Below are positions 9,095-18,862 of a DNA stretch of 52,637 nt, piece by piece. The position numbers were made by a program, and so were the translations under genes. The notes beneath the pieces are model-generated. The model ran no database searches. It was not told where the DNA came from and saw nothing but the letters and a program-made list of their open reading frames with translations. Numbering within the stretch: position 1 is the first letter of the stretch; each line of letters opens with the position of its first letter. Source of the DNA: Candidatus Eiseniibacteriota bacterium (lineage in GTDB: Bacteria > Eisenbacteria > RBG-16-71-46 > DASYSL01); NCBI GenBank assembly GCA_031431875.1, contig JANPEF010000131.1:1-52637 (forward strand), given 5' to 3'.

Positions 9095-11892
9095 CGGACG
9101 AGCACGACCCGCGTCGTCTTCTCGCCCAGGCCCGCGGCCTCGAGGTGCGCGAAGTACAGTCCGTGCGCCACCGTTCGACCGGCGTCATCGCGACCGTCCC
9201 AGTCGGCGAACGAGGGCCCGGCGGGCCGCGGCCCGTCGACCAGCGTGCGGACCAGTCGGCCGCGCACGTCGTACAGCGCGAGCCGCGCCGTGGCCGCCTG
9301 CGGCAGCGCGAACGCGAGCGTCGTCCGCCCGGTGCGGCTCGGGTTCGGCGTGGGGGAGGCGAGCGTGAACGACGCCGGTGCGAGCGGCACGTCGACCGGC
9401 TGGCCCCCGTCGTAGGTGAGCGTGACGTCGTCGACGTACCAGCCCTCGCCGCCGACGAACGAGTCGCAGCCCATCACCCAGCGCAGGCGAACGGTGCGGA
9501 TCGACGGCGAGTTCAGGTCCACGGTTGCGTCGATGAACTCATTGCTCGCGCCGGACCACACGGCGTCGCCAGGGTCGAACGGGCTGTCGGGGTTGTCGAT
9601 GATCACGTGCGAGTAGCTCTCGAGCGGGGTGAGCAGGGCCCAGGTGGCACCGTCGTTTTCCGACCACTCGATGCGCGCGCCGTCGTAGGCCTGCCCCGGG
9701 GTGTCCGACGACTCCACGTCGAACCAGTGCCTGAAACTGAGGATCGCTCCCGGTCCGATCGTCACCGGGCCGGACTCGAGCGCCGCATGGATCGACGCGC
9801 CGTAGGGGGCGGCGTCCATCGAGCCGCACTTCCACGCCCAGCCGCCGCCCGGCGTGGAGTTGCGCGCGCTCGAGCGATGCCACTGGTCGAAGAACCCGCC
9901 GCTGAGGACGCCGTGGCCGAAGCCGCCCTCGCCGCTCTCGAACGACTCGGCGAAGTTGCCGCCGACCAGCATCGAGTACGGGGCGATCCCGGCGGGGAGG
10001 GTGGCGCGATTCTTCACCACCGCGACATCGACGCCGGTGAAGTGGTAGGTGATCACGTCGCCGAAGCCGGCGCCCGCGCCGATCGAGAACCTGTACGGTC
10101 CGTCGCCCGTGGCCTCCTGCGCGAGGGTCTGCGCGGGGCCCGAGTTCTTCCGCCACACCACGGCGACCGAATCGAGTGCCAGGTTGTCGAACGCGTTCAC
10201 CGTCACCTCGAGCGGCAGCTGCAGGTACGACGGATCCGCCGGCGCGACATGCGCCAGCGCGGGCGGCGTCACGTCGGGACCGACGCGGTAGCTGAAGAAC
10301 TGCGCGGGCGCAGCGGCCGGTAGCACACCGGCGATCCCCGCCGAGTCCGACGCGGCGCTGAACCAGTAGTCGATGATCGTGCCCGCGCCCTGGGGCGGAA
10401 TGTCCGCGGCATAGAAGTCGCCGCCGCTGTTGCCCATGACGCTGACGTTCCACGACCCGCCGTTGGCGCGCCAGTGCAGGCGGGGGGACGACGCGTCGAA
10501 GCCGATCAGGAGGCTGCGCTGGCGAATCGACATCGTGGCGTCGATCGGGCGCGGCGAGGCGGTGTCCTCGGTGTCCTTCAGGGCCACGTGGTCGATCTGC
10601 ACCGAGCCGGCGACCGAGTGTACCGTGTTGTCCATCGCGCCGAGGCCGTCGACGGCCGTCGCGAAGTAGGGACCCCACGCCGCACGGATGCCCTCGAGCT
10701 TGGCCAGGTCAGGGGCGGTCGGCGCATCGCCGTTCCGGACCACGAGCACCCACGCCATCTTGAACGTCTTCTGCGACGTGGCGGGCGTCGGCGTGCGCAG
10801 GCCGTTGGCGTCGACGATCTCGCCGATCGTGGTGTAGCCCCGGACTCCCGAGAACGTGACTCCGATCCGCGGCGACGAGCTGGGCTCGAAAGGTCCGGGA
10901 GGGGAGAAGGCGGAAGCCGAGGCGACGTACCACAGCGAATCCACCTCGCTCGAGTCGCGCAGGCCGAACAGGTACTCGTCGAGATACGAGAATCCGCTCG
11001 TGGCGTCGATCGTCGTGAACGTCCCGTCGCCGTTGTCGCGGATGCGGTTGCCCTCGAGGTTCGAGCCGAGCGAGTTGTAGAAGAAGGACCAGTGGGCCAG
11101 GCTGCGGCCGAGCAGGTGGTTCCAGTTGATCCCGTACCTCTGGAAGAAGATGAACGCGCCGAAGCGGTGGCCCGCCTCCTGGCCGAGCACGTCGAGCGTC
11201 GTGTTCGTGCCGAGGAACGTCGTGTTCGGGTCGACCGGGTAGGCGGACAGGCGGTTCATGTTGAGGAATGACTTGAGCACGCCGTTCGAGCCGAAGTCGT
11301 CCCCGAAGTCGTAGATCGACAGCCCGATTCCCTCGACCTCGTTGCGCACGTTGAGTTCGTAGGCGAACCCGCTTCCGAGCGTGAGGTTCGTCACGTTCGA
11401 CGCCGTCCACACGTTGATGTAGTCGTACTCGTCGTCGTGGAGCTCGAGGAACTTGCGCCCGAGCGCGGCGGGATCGATCGAGACCTGCGATCCCTGAGGG
11501 ACGAGGATCGTGCCGTCGTCCTCGATCACCGCGATCTCCCCACGGTCGTACGACTGGGTCGTCGGCAGCGCCTGGATCGTCTCGTACTGGCGGAGCCGAT
11601 GCTTGAGCAGCTCGTCGAGCACGCGCTCGGGATACGTGCCGCTGCGCCACTCGGCCGGGCCGTCGTCGTGCTGCAGGCGGTACCCGCCGGTCTGGTATGC
11701 CGGCGCCACGGCGGCCGGGTCGAGCACGGTCGGCAGCGCCGAGCGCAGCGGGCGCACGCGCGCACCGGTGAGCGGGTCGCGGTACTCGCGCAGCGAGCGA
11801 CTCGAGGGCGCGGCCTGCAGGGTCACGGGCACCTGGGCGGCGAGCGCGATGGCGGCGGCGAGGGCGAGCAGGGCGGGCGAGTTCGGACGCAT
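9091..11892 (-). CDS. Secreted metallopeptidase-like protein (QExxH variant) with Ig-like domains, a MAM-like beta-sandwich and an FlgD-Ig C-terminal tail
   Basis: GGAGG RBS, signal peptide, LGQEAGHRFG...AHWS, FESGEGG..W..LESG..FRHWFD..YDGA..GWYVDDV, and a PNP..WDGRD..GLYF tail. Confidence 0.75.
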   Translation of the reverse strand: MRPNSPALLALAAAIALAAQVPVTLQAAPSSRSLREYRDPLTGARVRPLRSALPTVLDPAAVAPAYQTGGYRLQHDDGPAEWRSGTYPERVLDELLKHRLRQYETIQALPTTQSYDRGEIAVIEDDGTILVPQGSQVSIDPAALGRKFLELHDDEYDYINVWTASNVTNLTLGSGFAYELNVRNEVEGIGLSIYDFGDDFGSNGVLKSFLNMNRLSAYPVDPNTTFLGTNTTLDVLGQEAGHRFGAFIFFQRYGINWNHLLGRSLAHWSFFYNSLGSNLEGNRIRDNGDGTFTTIDATSGFSYLDEYLFGLRDSSEVDSLWYVASASAFSPPGPFEPSSSPRIGVTFSGVRGYTTIGEIVDANGLRTPTPATSQKTFKMAWVLVVRNGDAPTAPDLAKLEGIRAAWGPYFATAVDGLGAMDNTVHSVAGSVQIDHVALKDTEDTASPRPIDATMSIRQRSLLIGFDASSPRLHWRANGGSWNVSVMGNSGGDFYAADIPPQGAGTIIDYWFSAASDSAGIAGVLPAAAPAQFFSYRVGPDVTPPALAHVAPADPSYLQLPLEVTVNAFDNLALDSVAVVWRKNSGPAQTLAQEATGDGPYRFSIGAGAGFGDVITYHFTGVDVAVVKNRATLPAGIAPYSMLVGGNFAESFESGEGGFGHGVLSGGFFDQWHRSSARNSTPGGGWAWKCGSMDAAPYGASIHAALESGPVTIGPGAILSFRHWFDVESSDTPGQAYDGARIEWSENDGATWALLTPLESYSHVIIDNPDSPFDPGDAVWSGASNEFIDATVDLNSPSIRTVRLRWVMGCDSFVGGEGWYVDDVTLTYDGGQPVDVPLAPASFTLASPTPNPSRTGRTTLAFALPQAATARLALYDVRGRLVRTLVDGPRPAGPSFADWDGRDDAGRTVAHGLYFAHLEAAGLGEKTTRVVLVR

Positions 11893-12062
11893 CGGGAGGC
11901 TCCTGTCAGGCTGCGGTCGGCCGGCGATCGGGATGCCGCGGGGGGAGCGGACCCTCCGATTCTAGACCTTCCGGGGGCGGACGGGCGAGGCCGCGTTGCG
12001 GTAGCATCCGCCGGCCCGGCCCGGGCTCCGCGCGGCCGGTCCCTTCTCCCGGAGGATCCCCC

Positions 12063-12461
12063 GTGCCGTTCGAACACGTCTTCGAGGTTGCGGTCCGCTA
12101 CGGCGACACCGACCAGATGCGCGTGGCCTACCACGCCAACTACCTGCGCTGGTTCGAGATCGCCCGCACCGAGTGGCTCCGTGCCCGCGGGAAGTCCTAT
12201 CGCGAACTCGAGGCCGAGGGCCTGCTCCTGCCCGTGACCGAGGCGTACTGCCGCTACCTCAAGCCCGCCCGCTACGACGACCGGCTGCGCCTGGTCGCCT
12301 GGGTCGGCGAGCTCTCGCGCGTCGTCGTCCGCTTCGACTACCGGATCGAACTCGCCCCCGGCGAGGTCCTGGCCACCGGCTGGACGCGACATTGCTTTCT
12401 GGGTCCCGCGGGTCGACCGATTCGCATCGAGGGCGCGCTGCGCGAGTTGCTGTCGCCGTAG
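12063..12461 (+). CDS. YbgC/FadM-family acyl-CoA thioesterase
   Basis: VRYGDTDQMRVAYHANYLRWFEIAR and RYLKPARYDD hotdog-fold motifs. GGAGG RBS. Confidence 0.92.
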   Translation: MPFEHVFEVAVRYGDTDQMRVAYHANYLRWFEIARTEWLRARGKSYRELEAEGLLLPVTEAYCRYLKPARYDDRLRLVAWVGELSRVVVRFDYRIELAPGEVLATGWTRHCFLGPAGRPIRIEGALRELLSP

Positions 12462-12631
12462 GCGACGCGCCGCAGGCGCCCAACCGTTGCACATCGCCCG
12501 GCGTGGTGTTGCACCGTGCCCGACCACGGCGTCCTCCGGCTCGCGCCGGCCGAACCGGTCTCCAGCCGATTTCCAACCCGCTGCCCGGCAATGGTTTACG
12601 AAAACACTTAGCGGCCTTCGGCCGCTGACAT

Positions 12632-12648
12632 CTGGCACGCCCCCTGCA
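12632..12648 (+). promoter_or_regulatory. Putative sigma54 (-24/-12) promoter
   Basis: CTGGCACGCCCCCTGCA: GG at 12634-12635 and GC at 12646-12647, separated by exactly 10 nt. Confidence 0.6.
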
Positions 12649-12717
12649 CTCCATTCCTTCGATCGAATGCGCCCGCGGCCGCGGGCGCCATGGAGTTTGG
12701 ACCTGCAGGGAGGCGCC

Positions 12718-14442
12718 GTGTCCATCAACCGTTCGTCCCGTGTTCCCGTTCGTTCCCGCCCCGACGCCCGCGTCGTGGCGCTCGTCGCCCGACCGCAGGC
12801 CCTGCTCGTGCTCGCGCCTGCGTTCGTGCTGGCGCTGGCGCTGACGGCGCTGCTGGCAATGCTGCTGGCCCCCGTGCCCGCGTATGCGCGCGCCGACGGA
12901 TCGTATCCGCGCGTGTTCAACGTCGACTGGACGAACAACCCGAACGCGCGGCTCAACGCGCGCTACGACATGGTCGCGCTGTCGTCGCGGGCGACCACCG
13001 CCAAGTTCGACTCGATCAAGACGCTCAACCCGAGCGGGCTCACGCTGGTCACGCCATCCTGGTACTCGTATTACTACGCGGGTCCGTCCGGTTATCCCTC
13101 GACGACCGGACCGTGGTCGGCGACCGATCCCGACTTCGGGTACGACCGTCGCTATTGGGACCTGCTGGAGAACAACCAGTTCTGGTGCTGGGGCGTCGAC
13201 TCGCTCGGCACCCGCGTCCACGCGACCGCGTTCTGGGGCATGTGGCTGGGGAACTTCTCGTCGAAGTGTCCGCCCAACGCGCAGGGCAAGCGCCTGTGCG
13301 ACGTCTTCGCCGATTTCGTGATCGATGACCTGGTCGCCTCCAAGGGCGGCCTGACGAAGGTCGACGGCGTGTTCTTCGATCAGCTCTGGGGTTCGCCGGC
13401 GTGGCTCAACGGCCAGATGGGCGGCTGTCTCCCGGGCAACGACTGTTCGCAGCAGACGCCGGGGACGGAAACGACAGCACGGTTCGATCTCGACGCCAAC
13501 GGCGTCGCCGACACCTATCCCGAGCTCGACACGTGGTGGGCCGAGGGGATCGCGGTCATCTTCGCACGCTTTCGCGAGCGCCTCGGCGACGACTTCGTGA
13601 TCGTCGGCAACGGTATGAACTACTTCAGCGATGCGAACGGCATCTTCCACGAGCGCTTCCCGACGATTCATGGGGCGATCGATCCCGCGCCGAACCCGTG
13701 GAACTTCCGCTGGCAGGCCGCGATGACCGGGGAGCACGGCTATCTCGACAAGTTGCCCACCCGCTTTCGCGCGCCGGTGCGCAACATCCTCGATGCGGAA
13801 CTCGGCGGCGGGGATCGCTTCAACTACCCGACGAGCAGCGTCCACCGCTCGCTGTTCCGCTTCACGCTGGGCAGCGCGCTGCTGGGCGACGGCTATTACG
13901 GCCTCAACAGCGGTTACTACGGCTGCTACTACTGGCTCCCCGAGTACGACCTGCAACTGGGCTGGCCGACGGGTGCGGCGACCTCGCTCGCGCTGTCGGG
14001 CACGACGATCTGGAGGCGGCAGTTCTCCAACGGCACGGTGTGGGTCAATCCGACGAACTACGCCGTGTCCGCGGGTGTCGACAACCCGTATGTCGCTCCA
14101 TACGACGCCGTGTTGCAGCAGGCGCAGGACACGATCGACACCGGCTCCTCGCCGCTGGGTGCGATCGCGCTGGCGGCGCCGCGCCCGAACCCTTCGGCCG
14201 GGCAGTCCGCGACCCTGTCGTACGCGCTGGCCACCGGCGAGCAGGGCGCGCTCGAGGTCATCGACCTGCGCGGGCGGATCGTGCGCACGCTGTGGTCGGG
14301 CGAGGGCACGGGTAGTGCCCAGGTCGCGTACTGGGACGGGCGCGATGAGCGCGGCGCGCGCACGCCTTCCGGTGTCTACTTCGCGCGGCTGGTCGGGCAG
14401 GGCGGCCGGGTGGCGCAGCAGAAGCTGGTGCGCACGCCGTAG
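12718..14442 (+). CDS. Secreted putative glycoside hydrolase (GHL15-like TIM barrel) with FlgD-Ig tail
   Basis: GGAGG RBS before GTG, long signal peptide, DGVFFDQ, IVGNG, FHERF, EYDLQLGWP..WRRQFSNGTVWVNPT, and a PNP..WDGRD..GVYF tail. Confidence 0.65.
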   Translation: MSINRSSRVPVRSRPDARVVALVARPQALLVLAPAFVLALALTALLAMLLAPVPAYARADGSYPRVFNVDWTNNPNARLNARYDMVALSSRATTAKFDSIKTLNPSGLTLVTPSWYSYYYAGPSGYPSTTGPWSATDPDFGYDRRYWDLLENNQFWCWGVDSLGTRVHATAFWGMWLGNFSSKCPPNAQGKRLCDVFADFVIDDLVASKGGLTKVDGVFFDQLWGSPAWLNGQMGGCLPGNDCSQQTPGTETTARFDLDANGVADTYPELDTWWAEGIAVIFARFRERLGDDFVIVGNGMNYFSDANGIFHERFPTIHGAIDPAPNPWNFRWQAAMTGEHGYLDKLPTRFRAPVRNILDAELGGGDRFNYPTSSVHRSLFRFTLGSALLGDGYYGLNSGYYGCYYWLPEYDLQLGWPTGAATSLALSGTTIWRRQFSNGTVWVNPTNYAVSAGVDNPYVAPYDAVLQQAQDTIDTGSSPLGAIALAAPRPNPSAGQSATLSYALATGEQGALEVIDLRGRIVRTLWSGEGTGSAQVAYWDGRDERGARTPSGVYFARLVGQGGRVAQQKLVRTP

Positions 14443-14465
14443 CGCGGCGCGCCCCGGGCGCTGAC

Positions 14466-14506
14466 GAAGGCGGCGACGGGGCGACCCGCTGCCGCCTTCT
14501 CGCTTG
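14466..14506 (+). terminator. Probable terminator hairpin
   Basis: GAAGGCGGC/GCCGCCTTC stem with inner CGGG-GCGA-CCCG (GNRA loop) and a weak pyrimidine tail, just after the stop at 14442. Confidence 0.55.
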
Positions 14507-14577
14507 TGCAACTCGTTTCAGCTTCGTATGTTCCGGGCGTCCCTCCGCACTTCTCACCCGGCTTCCGGAGATGCCCC

Positions 14578-15918
14578 GTGCCCGGCACGAACCCCGACGC
14601 GCTCCAGGCTCGCGACGACCTCTCGCAGGACGACCTGCGCGAGGCGTGGCCGCTACTCGTGCTCGAGGATCGACTCGCCGCATTCCGCGCGCTGACCCGG
14701 ACCGAGGCCGAGAACTGGTTCCTCATGCTGTCGTCGCGCGACCAGGCCGAGTTGCTGGTCGCGTTGCCGCCGGCGGAGCGCCGCTCGTGGATCCGCCTGC
14801 TCGCCCCGGACGATGCCGCCGATGTCATCCAGGAGGCGCCGCGCGAGGAGTGGTCCGACATCCTCGGGCTGCTCGACGAGCCGACACGGCGCGAGGTCTC
14901 GGCGCTGCTGGCCTACGCCGAGGACGATGCCGGTGGCCTGATGAGCCCGCGCTTTGCCCGCGTGCGGCCCGAGATGACGACCGACGAGGCGATCTCCTAC
15001 CTGCGGCGCCAGGCCCGCGAGCGTCCCGAGTCCCTGTACTACGCCTACGCGCTCGATGCCGACCAGCGGCTGCTCGGCGTGGTCAGCTTTCGCGAGCTGT
15101 TCGTCGCGGCACCCGACCAGAAGATCAGCGACATCATGCGCACCGAGCTCGTCACCGTGCACGAGGACATGGACCAGGAGGAGCTGTCGCGCTTCTTCGA
15201 TCGCCACCACCTGGTCGCCATTCCCGTGGTCGACACCGACGGGCGCATGAAGGGCATCGTCACGGCCGACGACATCGTCGAGGTCGTGCGCGAGGAGGCC
15301 ACCGAGGACATCCAGAAGATCGGCGGCACCGAGGCCCTCGATGCGCCCTACCTCGAGGTCGGCCTGTTCTCGATGATCAAGAAGCGCGGCCTGTGGCTGT
15401 CGGTCCTGTTCCTCGGCGAGATGCTCACGGCGTCCGCGATGGGCTACTACGAGGACGAGATCGCGCGCGCCGTCGTGCTCATCGTGTTCCTGCCGCTGGT
15501 CATCTCGAGCGGTGGCAACTCGGGGAGCCAGGCGACGACGCTGGTCATCCGGGCCATGGCGCTGGGCGAAGTGCGGCTGCGCGACTGGTGGCGGGTGGTC
15601 AAGCGCGAGGCGCTGTCGGGTCTCGGCCTGGGCCTGATCCTCTCGACGCTGGGCGTGATCCGCGTGCTCGTCTGGGAGGCGGCGTTCCACTCGTACGGCC
15701 CGCACACGCCGGTGCTGGCCATCACGCTCGGCGTGGCGTTGCTCGGCGTCGTCATGTGGGGCACGCTGTGCGGATCGATGCTGCCGTTCCTGTTCCGCCG
15801 GCTCGGCTTCGACCCGGCGAGCGCATCGGCGCCGTTCGTCGCCACGCTCGTCGACGTCACCGGCGTGGTCATCTACTTCGGCACGGCGCAGATCGTCATG
15901 CGCGGGCATGGACTCTAG
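14578..15918 (+). CDS. mgtE: Magnesium transporter MgtE
   Basis: MgtE_N domain (PDDAAD), YAEDDAGGLM, CBS pair, SSGGNSGSQA, DPASASAPFVATLVDVTG. Start chosen at the GTG after GGAG. Confidence 0.96.
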   Translation: MPGTNPDALQARDDLSQDDLREAWPLLVLEDRLAAFRALTRTEAENWFLMLSSRDQAELLVALPPAERRSWIRLLAPDDAADVIQEAPREEWSDILGLLDEPTRREVSALLAYAEDDAGGLMSPRFARVRPEMTTDEAISYLRRQARERPESLYYAYALDADQRLLGVVSFRELFVAAPDQKISDIMRTELVTVHEDMDQEELSRFFDRHHLVAIPVVDTDGRMKGIVTADDIVEVVREEATEDIQKIGGTEALDAPYLEVGLFSMIKKRGLWLSVLFLGEMLTASAMGYYEDEIARAVVLIVFLPLVISSGGNSGSQATTLVIRAMALGEVRLRDWWRVVKREALSGLGLGLILSTLGVIRVLVWEAAFHSYGPHTPVLAITLGVALLGVVMWGTLCGSMLPFLFRRLGFDPASASAPFVATLVDVTGVVIYFGTAQIVMRGHGL

Positions 15919-17134
15919 GGCGAGGCCGGAAGTTCCACCAGAACGTGAGCGTCGCCACGCCGTAGCACAGGGCAGTCAGGTAGTAGGGCCAGGCGAAGCC
16001 GAACCGCGCCATGATCCAGCCCGAGATCGCCGAGCTGACCGCCCATCCCAGGTACCACGCCATGTTGTCGATCGCCTGCGCGCGGGCGCGCAGCGCGGGC
16101 GGAATGATCTCCATGGCGTACGAGGTGAGCAGTGGCGAGCTCATCTGCATGAATGCCGAGCGCAGCCAGAACGAGGCGACTGACACGGCCAGCGTGGTCT
16201 CGAAGCCGAGCGTGACGAGGAACGGCAGCGAGACGAGCTGGAGCATGGTCAGCGCCTGCAGCTTCCCGTAGCGGCGGGCGAGCAGCGGGCCGGACAGCGT
16301 GGCGACGAGCGTGATCACCTGCGCGACCGAGAAGTAGATGCCGATCTGCCCGGTGCTCGCGCCGTAGCGCTGGGCGAAGTACAGGTTGAAGAACGGCATG
16401 ATCAGGCCGGCACCCATTCCCATGAGCAGGAAATTGAGCGCCAGCCGGGAGAGGAGCGGCGCGTGATCGCGCGCCCGCGCGGTCGGGTGGACCTCGCGTT
16501 CGTGCAGCGGTGCCTCGCGGACGAAGCCCAGCGGCCACACCGCCAGCGACGAGGCCAGCGCGCCGATCACGAGCGCGCCGCGATACGACAGGAGCGGCGA
16601 GGACGCCAGCAACGGCAGGTTGCGCTCGAGCAGGCCCGGCAGTTCGCCGCCCATCAGGTTTCCGAGCAGGCCGCCGAGCAGGATGACGACGAAGTGCATG
16701 CTGAACAGGTGGGTGCGCTCGGGCTCGTTCGAGTTCTCGATCATGAACGGCGAGGCCGCGATGGTGACGATCGCCTGGCCCATGCCGATCAGCAGTGTCG
16801 AGCCGAACAGCGCCCACGGTGACAGTGAGAGCGCGCGGGCGAACAGTCCGACGGCGACGAGCAACGAGCCGGCGCGCAAGCAGGCGCGGCGGCCGAAGCG
16901 GTCGGCGAGCCAGCCCGCGGGAAGCGCGGTTGCGGCCATGCCGAGCCCCATCATCGCGGTCACCGCGCCGACGAAGTCCGCGGCGTAGCCCCCGGATACC
17001 AGGTACAGGTTGAACACAACCTGGTTCACCGACAACCCGATCCACGACAGGAGGACCGAGATCAGGAACAACCGGGCGTTGGGGGAGAACTCGCGGGTGG
17101 TGGACGCGTAGTCGGCGACGATGCTTCGGACCAT
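15896..17134 (-). CDS. MFS transporter
   Basis: About 12 TM helices and MFS motif A (GWLADRFGRR). Confidence 0.9.
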   Translation of the reverse strand: MVRSIVADYASTTREFSPNARLFLISVLLSWIGLSVNQVVFNLYLVSGGYAADFVGAVTAMMGLGMAATALPAGWLADRFGRRACLRAGSLLVAVGLFARALSLSPWALFGSTLLIGMGQAIVTIAASPFMIENSNEPERTHLFSMHFVVILLGGLLGNLMGGELPGLLERNLPLLASSPLLSYRGALVIGALASSLAVWPLGFVREAPLHEREVHPTARARDHAPLLSRLALNFLLMGMGAGLIMPFFNLYFAQRYGASTGQIGIYFSVAQVITLVATLSGPLLARRYGKLQALTMLQLVSLPFLVTLGFETTLAVSVASFWLRSAFMQMSSPLLTSYAMEIIPPALRARAQAIDNMAWYLGWAVSSAISGWIMARFGFAWPYYLTALCYGVATLTFWWNFRPRPRVHARA

Positions 17135-17143
17135 GAAGTCCGG

Positions 17144-17172
17144 ACGCTAGGCGTGGTGCCGGGGGCTGTCAA
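17144..17172 (-). promoter_or_regulatory. Sigma70-type promoter of the MFS gene (near-leaderless)
   Basis: TTGACA-17 nt-TAGCGT, ending 9 nt before ATG 17134. No SD sequence. Confidence 0.65.
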
Positions 17173-17314
17173 GCGAAGTGCCTGTGAGGACGCGGGTTGC
17201 GCCCCGCAGGTTCGCCCCGGGGGTGGCGGGGCGCCGGCGGCACGGGTATCATGCGGAGGTCGCGCCGGGCTTCGTCCCGGCCCATGGTTCGCACCGCTGG
17301 CAAAGGATCCGACC

Positions 17315-18211
17315 GTGTCGCAGGCTCCCGAAGTTCAGGCCGTCCCGCTTCGCCGTCCCGAGTGGCTCAAGGTCCGCATGAAGAGCGCGGACACGATCTC
17401 GCGCATGAAGCCCGTGCTCGACGGGTTGCACACCGTGTGCGAGAGCGCGCGCTGCCCGAACATCGGGGAGTGCTGGGGCCGCGGCACTGCGACGTTCATG
17501 ATCCTCGGCGACGTGTGCACCCGGAAGTGCACGTTCTGCGCCGTGCCGCAGGGCGACGCGGGTCCGCCCGATCCGGCCGAGCCCGCGCGCCTGGCCGACG
17601 CCGTCGTGCAACTGGGCCTGGCCCACACCGTGATCACGTCGGTCACCCGCGACGACCTGCCCGACCAGGGTGCATCGCAGTTCGCGCTGTGCATCGCCGA
17701 GGTGCGCGCCCGCCGGCCCGACTGCACGATCGAGGTGCTCATCCCCGACTTCCAGGGCAACAACGAGGCGCTCGACGTGGTCATGCAGGCGCGGCCCGAG
17801 GTGCTCAACCACAACATCGAGACCGTGCCACGCCTCTATCGCCGCGTGCGACCCAAGGCGATCTACCGCCAGTCGCTCGAGCTATTGCAGCGCGCCGGGC
17901 GCTACGGGACGGCGAAGACGAAGTCGGGCCTCATGCTCGGCCTCGGCGAGACGCGCGAGGAAGTCCTCGCCACGATGGACGACCTGCGCTCGCACAACGT
18001 GCAGATCCTCACCCTCGGGCAATACCTCAAGCCGCGCGAAAACCGCCTCGACGTCGTGCGCTACGTCCACCCGGATGAGTTCGCGGAGTTCAAGCAGATC
18101 GCCTACGCCAGGGGCTTCGAGCACTGCGAGTCCGGACCGCTGGTGCGCTCGTCGTACCACGCCGAGTCGCACATCGAGCGGCCGCTGCTCGAAGCCTCCC
18201 CCGGGGCTTAG
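17315..18211 (+). CDS. lipA: Lipoyl synthase
   Basis: CESARCPNIGEC, radical-SAM CTRKCTFC, NHNIETV, C-terminal RSSYHA. Confidence 0.97.
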   Translation: MSQAPEVQAVPLRRPEWLKVRMKSADTISRMKPVLDGLHTVCESARCPNIGECWGRGTATFMILGDVCTRKCTFCAVPQGDAGPPDPAEPARLADAVVQLGLAHTVITSVTRDDLPDQGASQFALCIAEVRARRPDCTIEVLIPDFQGNNEALDVVMQARPEVLNHNIETVPRLYRRVRPKAIYRQSLELLQRAGRYGTAKTKSGLMLGLGETREEVLATMDDLRSHNVQILTLGQYLKPRENRLDVVRYVHPDEFAEFKQIAYARGFEHCESGPLVRSSYHAESHIERPLLEASPGA

Positions 18212-18361
18212 TCGGGCGCGGGCACCACGCCTCCGCCGGCATGCGATTTCACCTGCCCCGTAGCAGGTGATCGAGCCCCGAATCCGCGTTTCAACCGGTC
18301 TCGAGACCAGTTGAATTCGCACTTGGGCGAGTTGACCCCGCACTTCCACGAGGATTTCGAC

Positions 18362-18850
18362 ATGACACCCGACCCGAATCGCCTGTTCCTCCGGCATGTC
18401 GTGGCAACCCTGGCGTATCGCTGCGCGAAGACGCTGCGCGGAGCGCCGCCGGAGTTCGCGACGTGGCGCGCAGCGGAGACGACGCGGACGCCGGTCGAAA
18501 TCCTTGCCCACATCGGCGACCTGCTCGACTGGGTGCTGTGGTTGGCGCGCGAGAAGAGCGTGTGGAACAACGCGACGCCGCTGCCGTGGGAAGCGGAGCA
18601 GGCGCGCTTCCACGCCGCGCTCGCGGCGCTCGACGACTACCTGGCGGGCGATGCGCCGCTGGCCACGCCGGGGGAGAAGCTCTTCCAGGGCGGGTTGGCC
18701 GATGCGCTCACGCACACCGGCCAGCTCGCCATGCTGCGCCGCATGCACGGCGCGCCGATGAAGGGCGAGAGCTACGCGCAGGCCGACATCACGGTCGGCC
18801 GCGTGGGGGCCGAGCAGGTGCCGGCCCAGGCGAAGTACGAGTTCGATTGA
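18362..18850 (+). CDS. DinB/YfiT-like four-helix-bundle protein
   Basis: TPVEILAHIGD and DALTHTGQLAMLRR. GAGG RBS. Confidence 0.75.
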   Translation: MTPDPNRLFLRHVVATLAYRCAKTLRGAPPEFATWRAAETTRTPVEILAHIGDLLDWVLWLAREKSVWNNATPLPWEAEQARFHAALAALDDYLAGDAPLATPGEKLFQGGLADALTHTGQLAMLRRMHGAPMKGESYAQADITVGRVGAEQVPAQAKYEFD

Positions 18851-18862
18851 TCCGCGCGGGAG

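Noticed and set aside
14443..14577. M-box riboswitch before mgtE; likewise lysine (lysA) and ZMP (fhs) riboswitches
   Set aside because: The intergenic spaces are too short and show no recognisable consensus.
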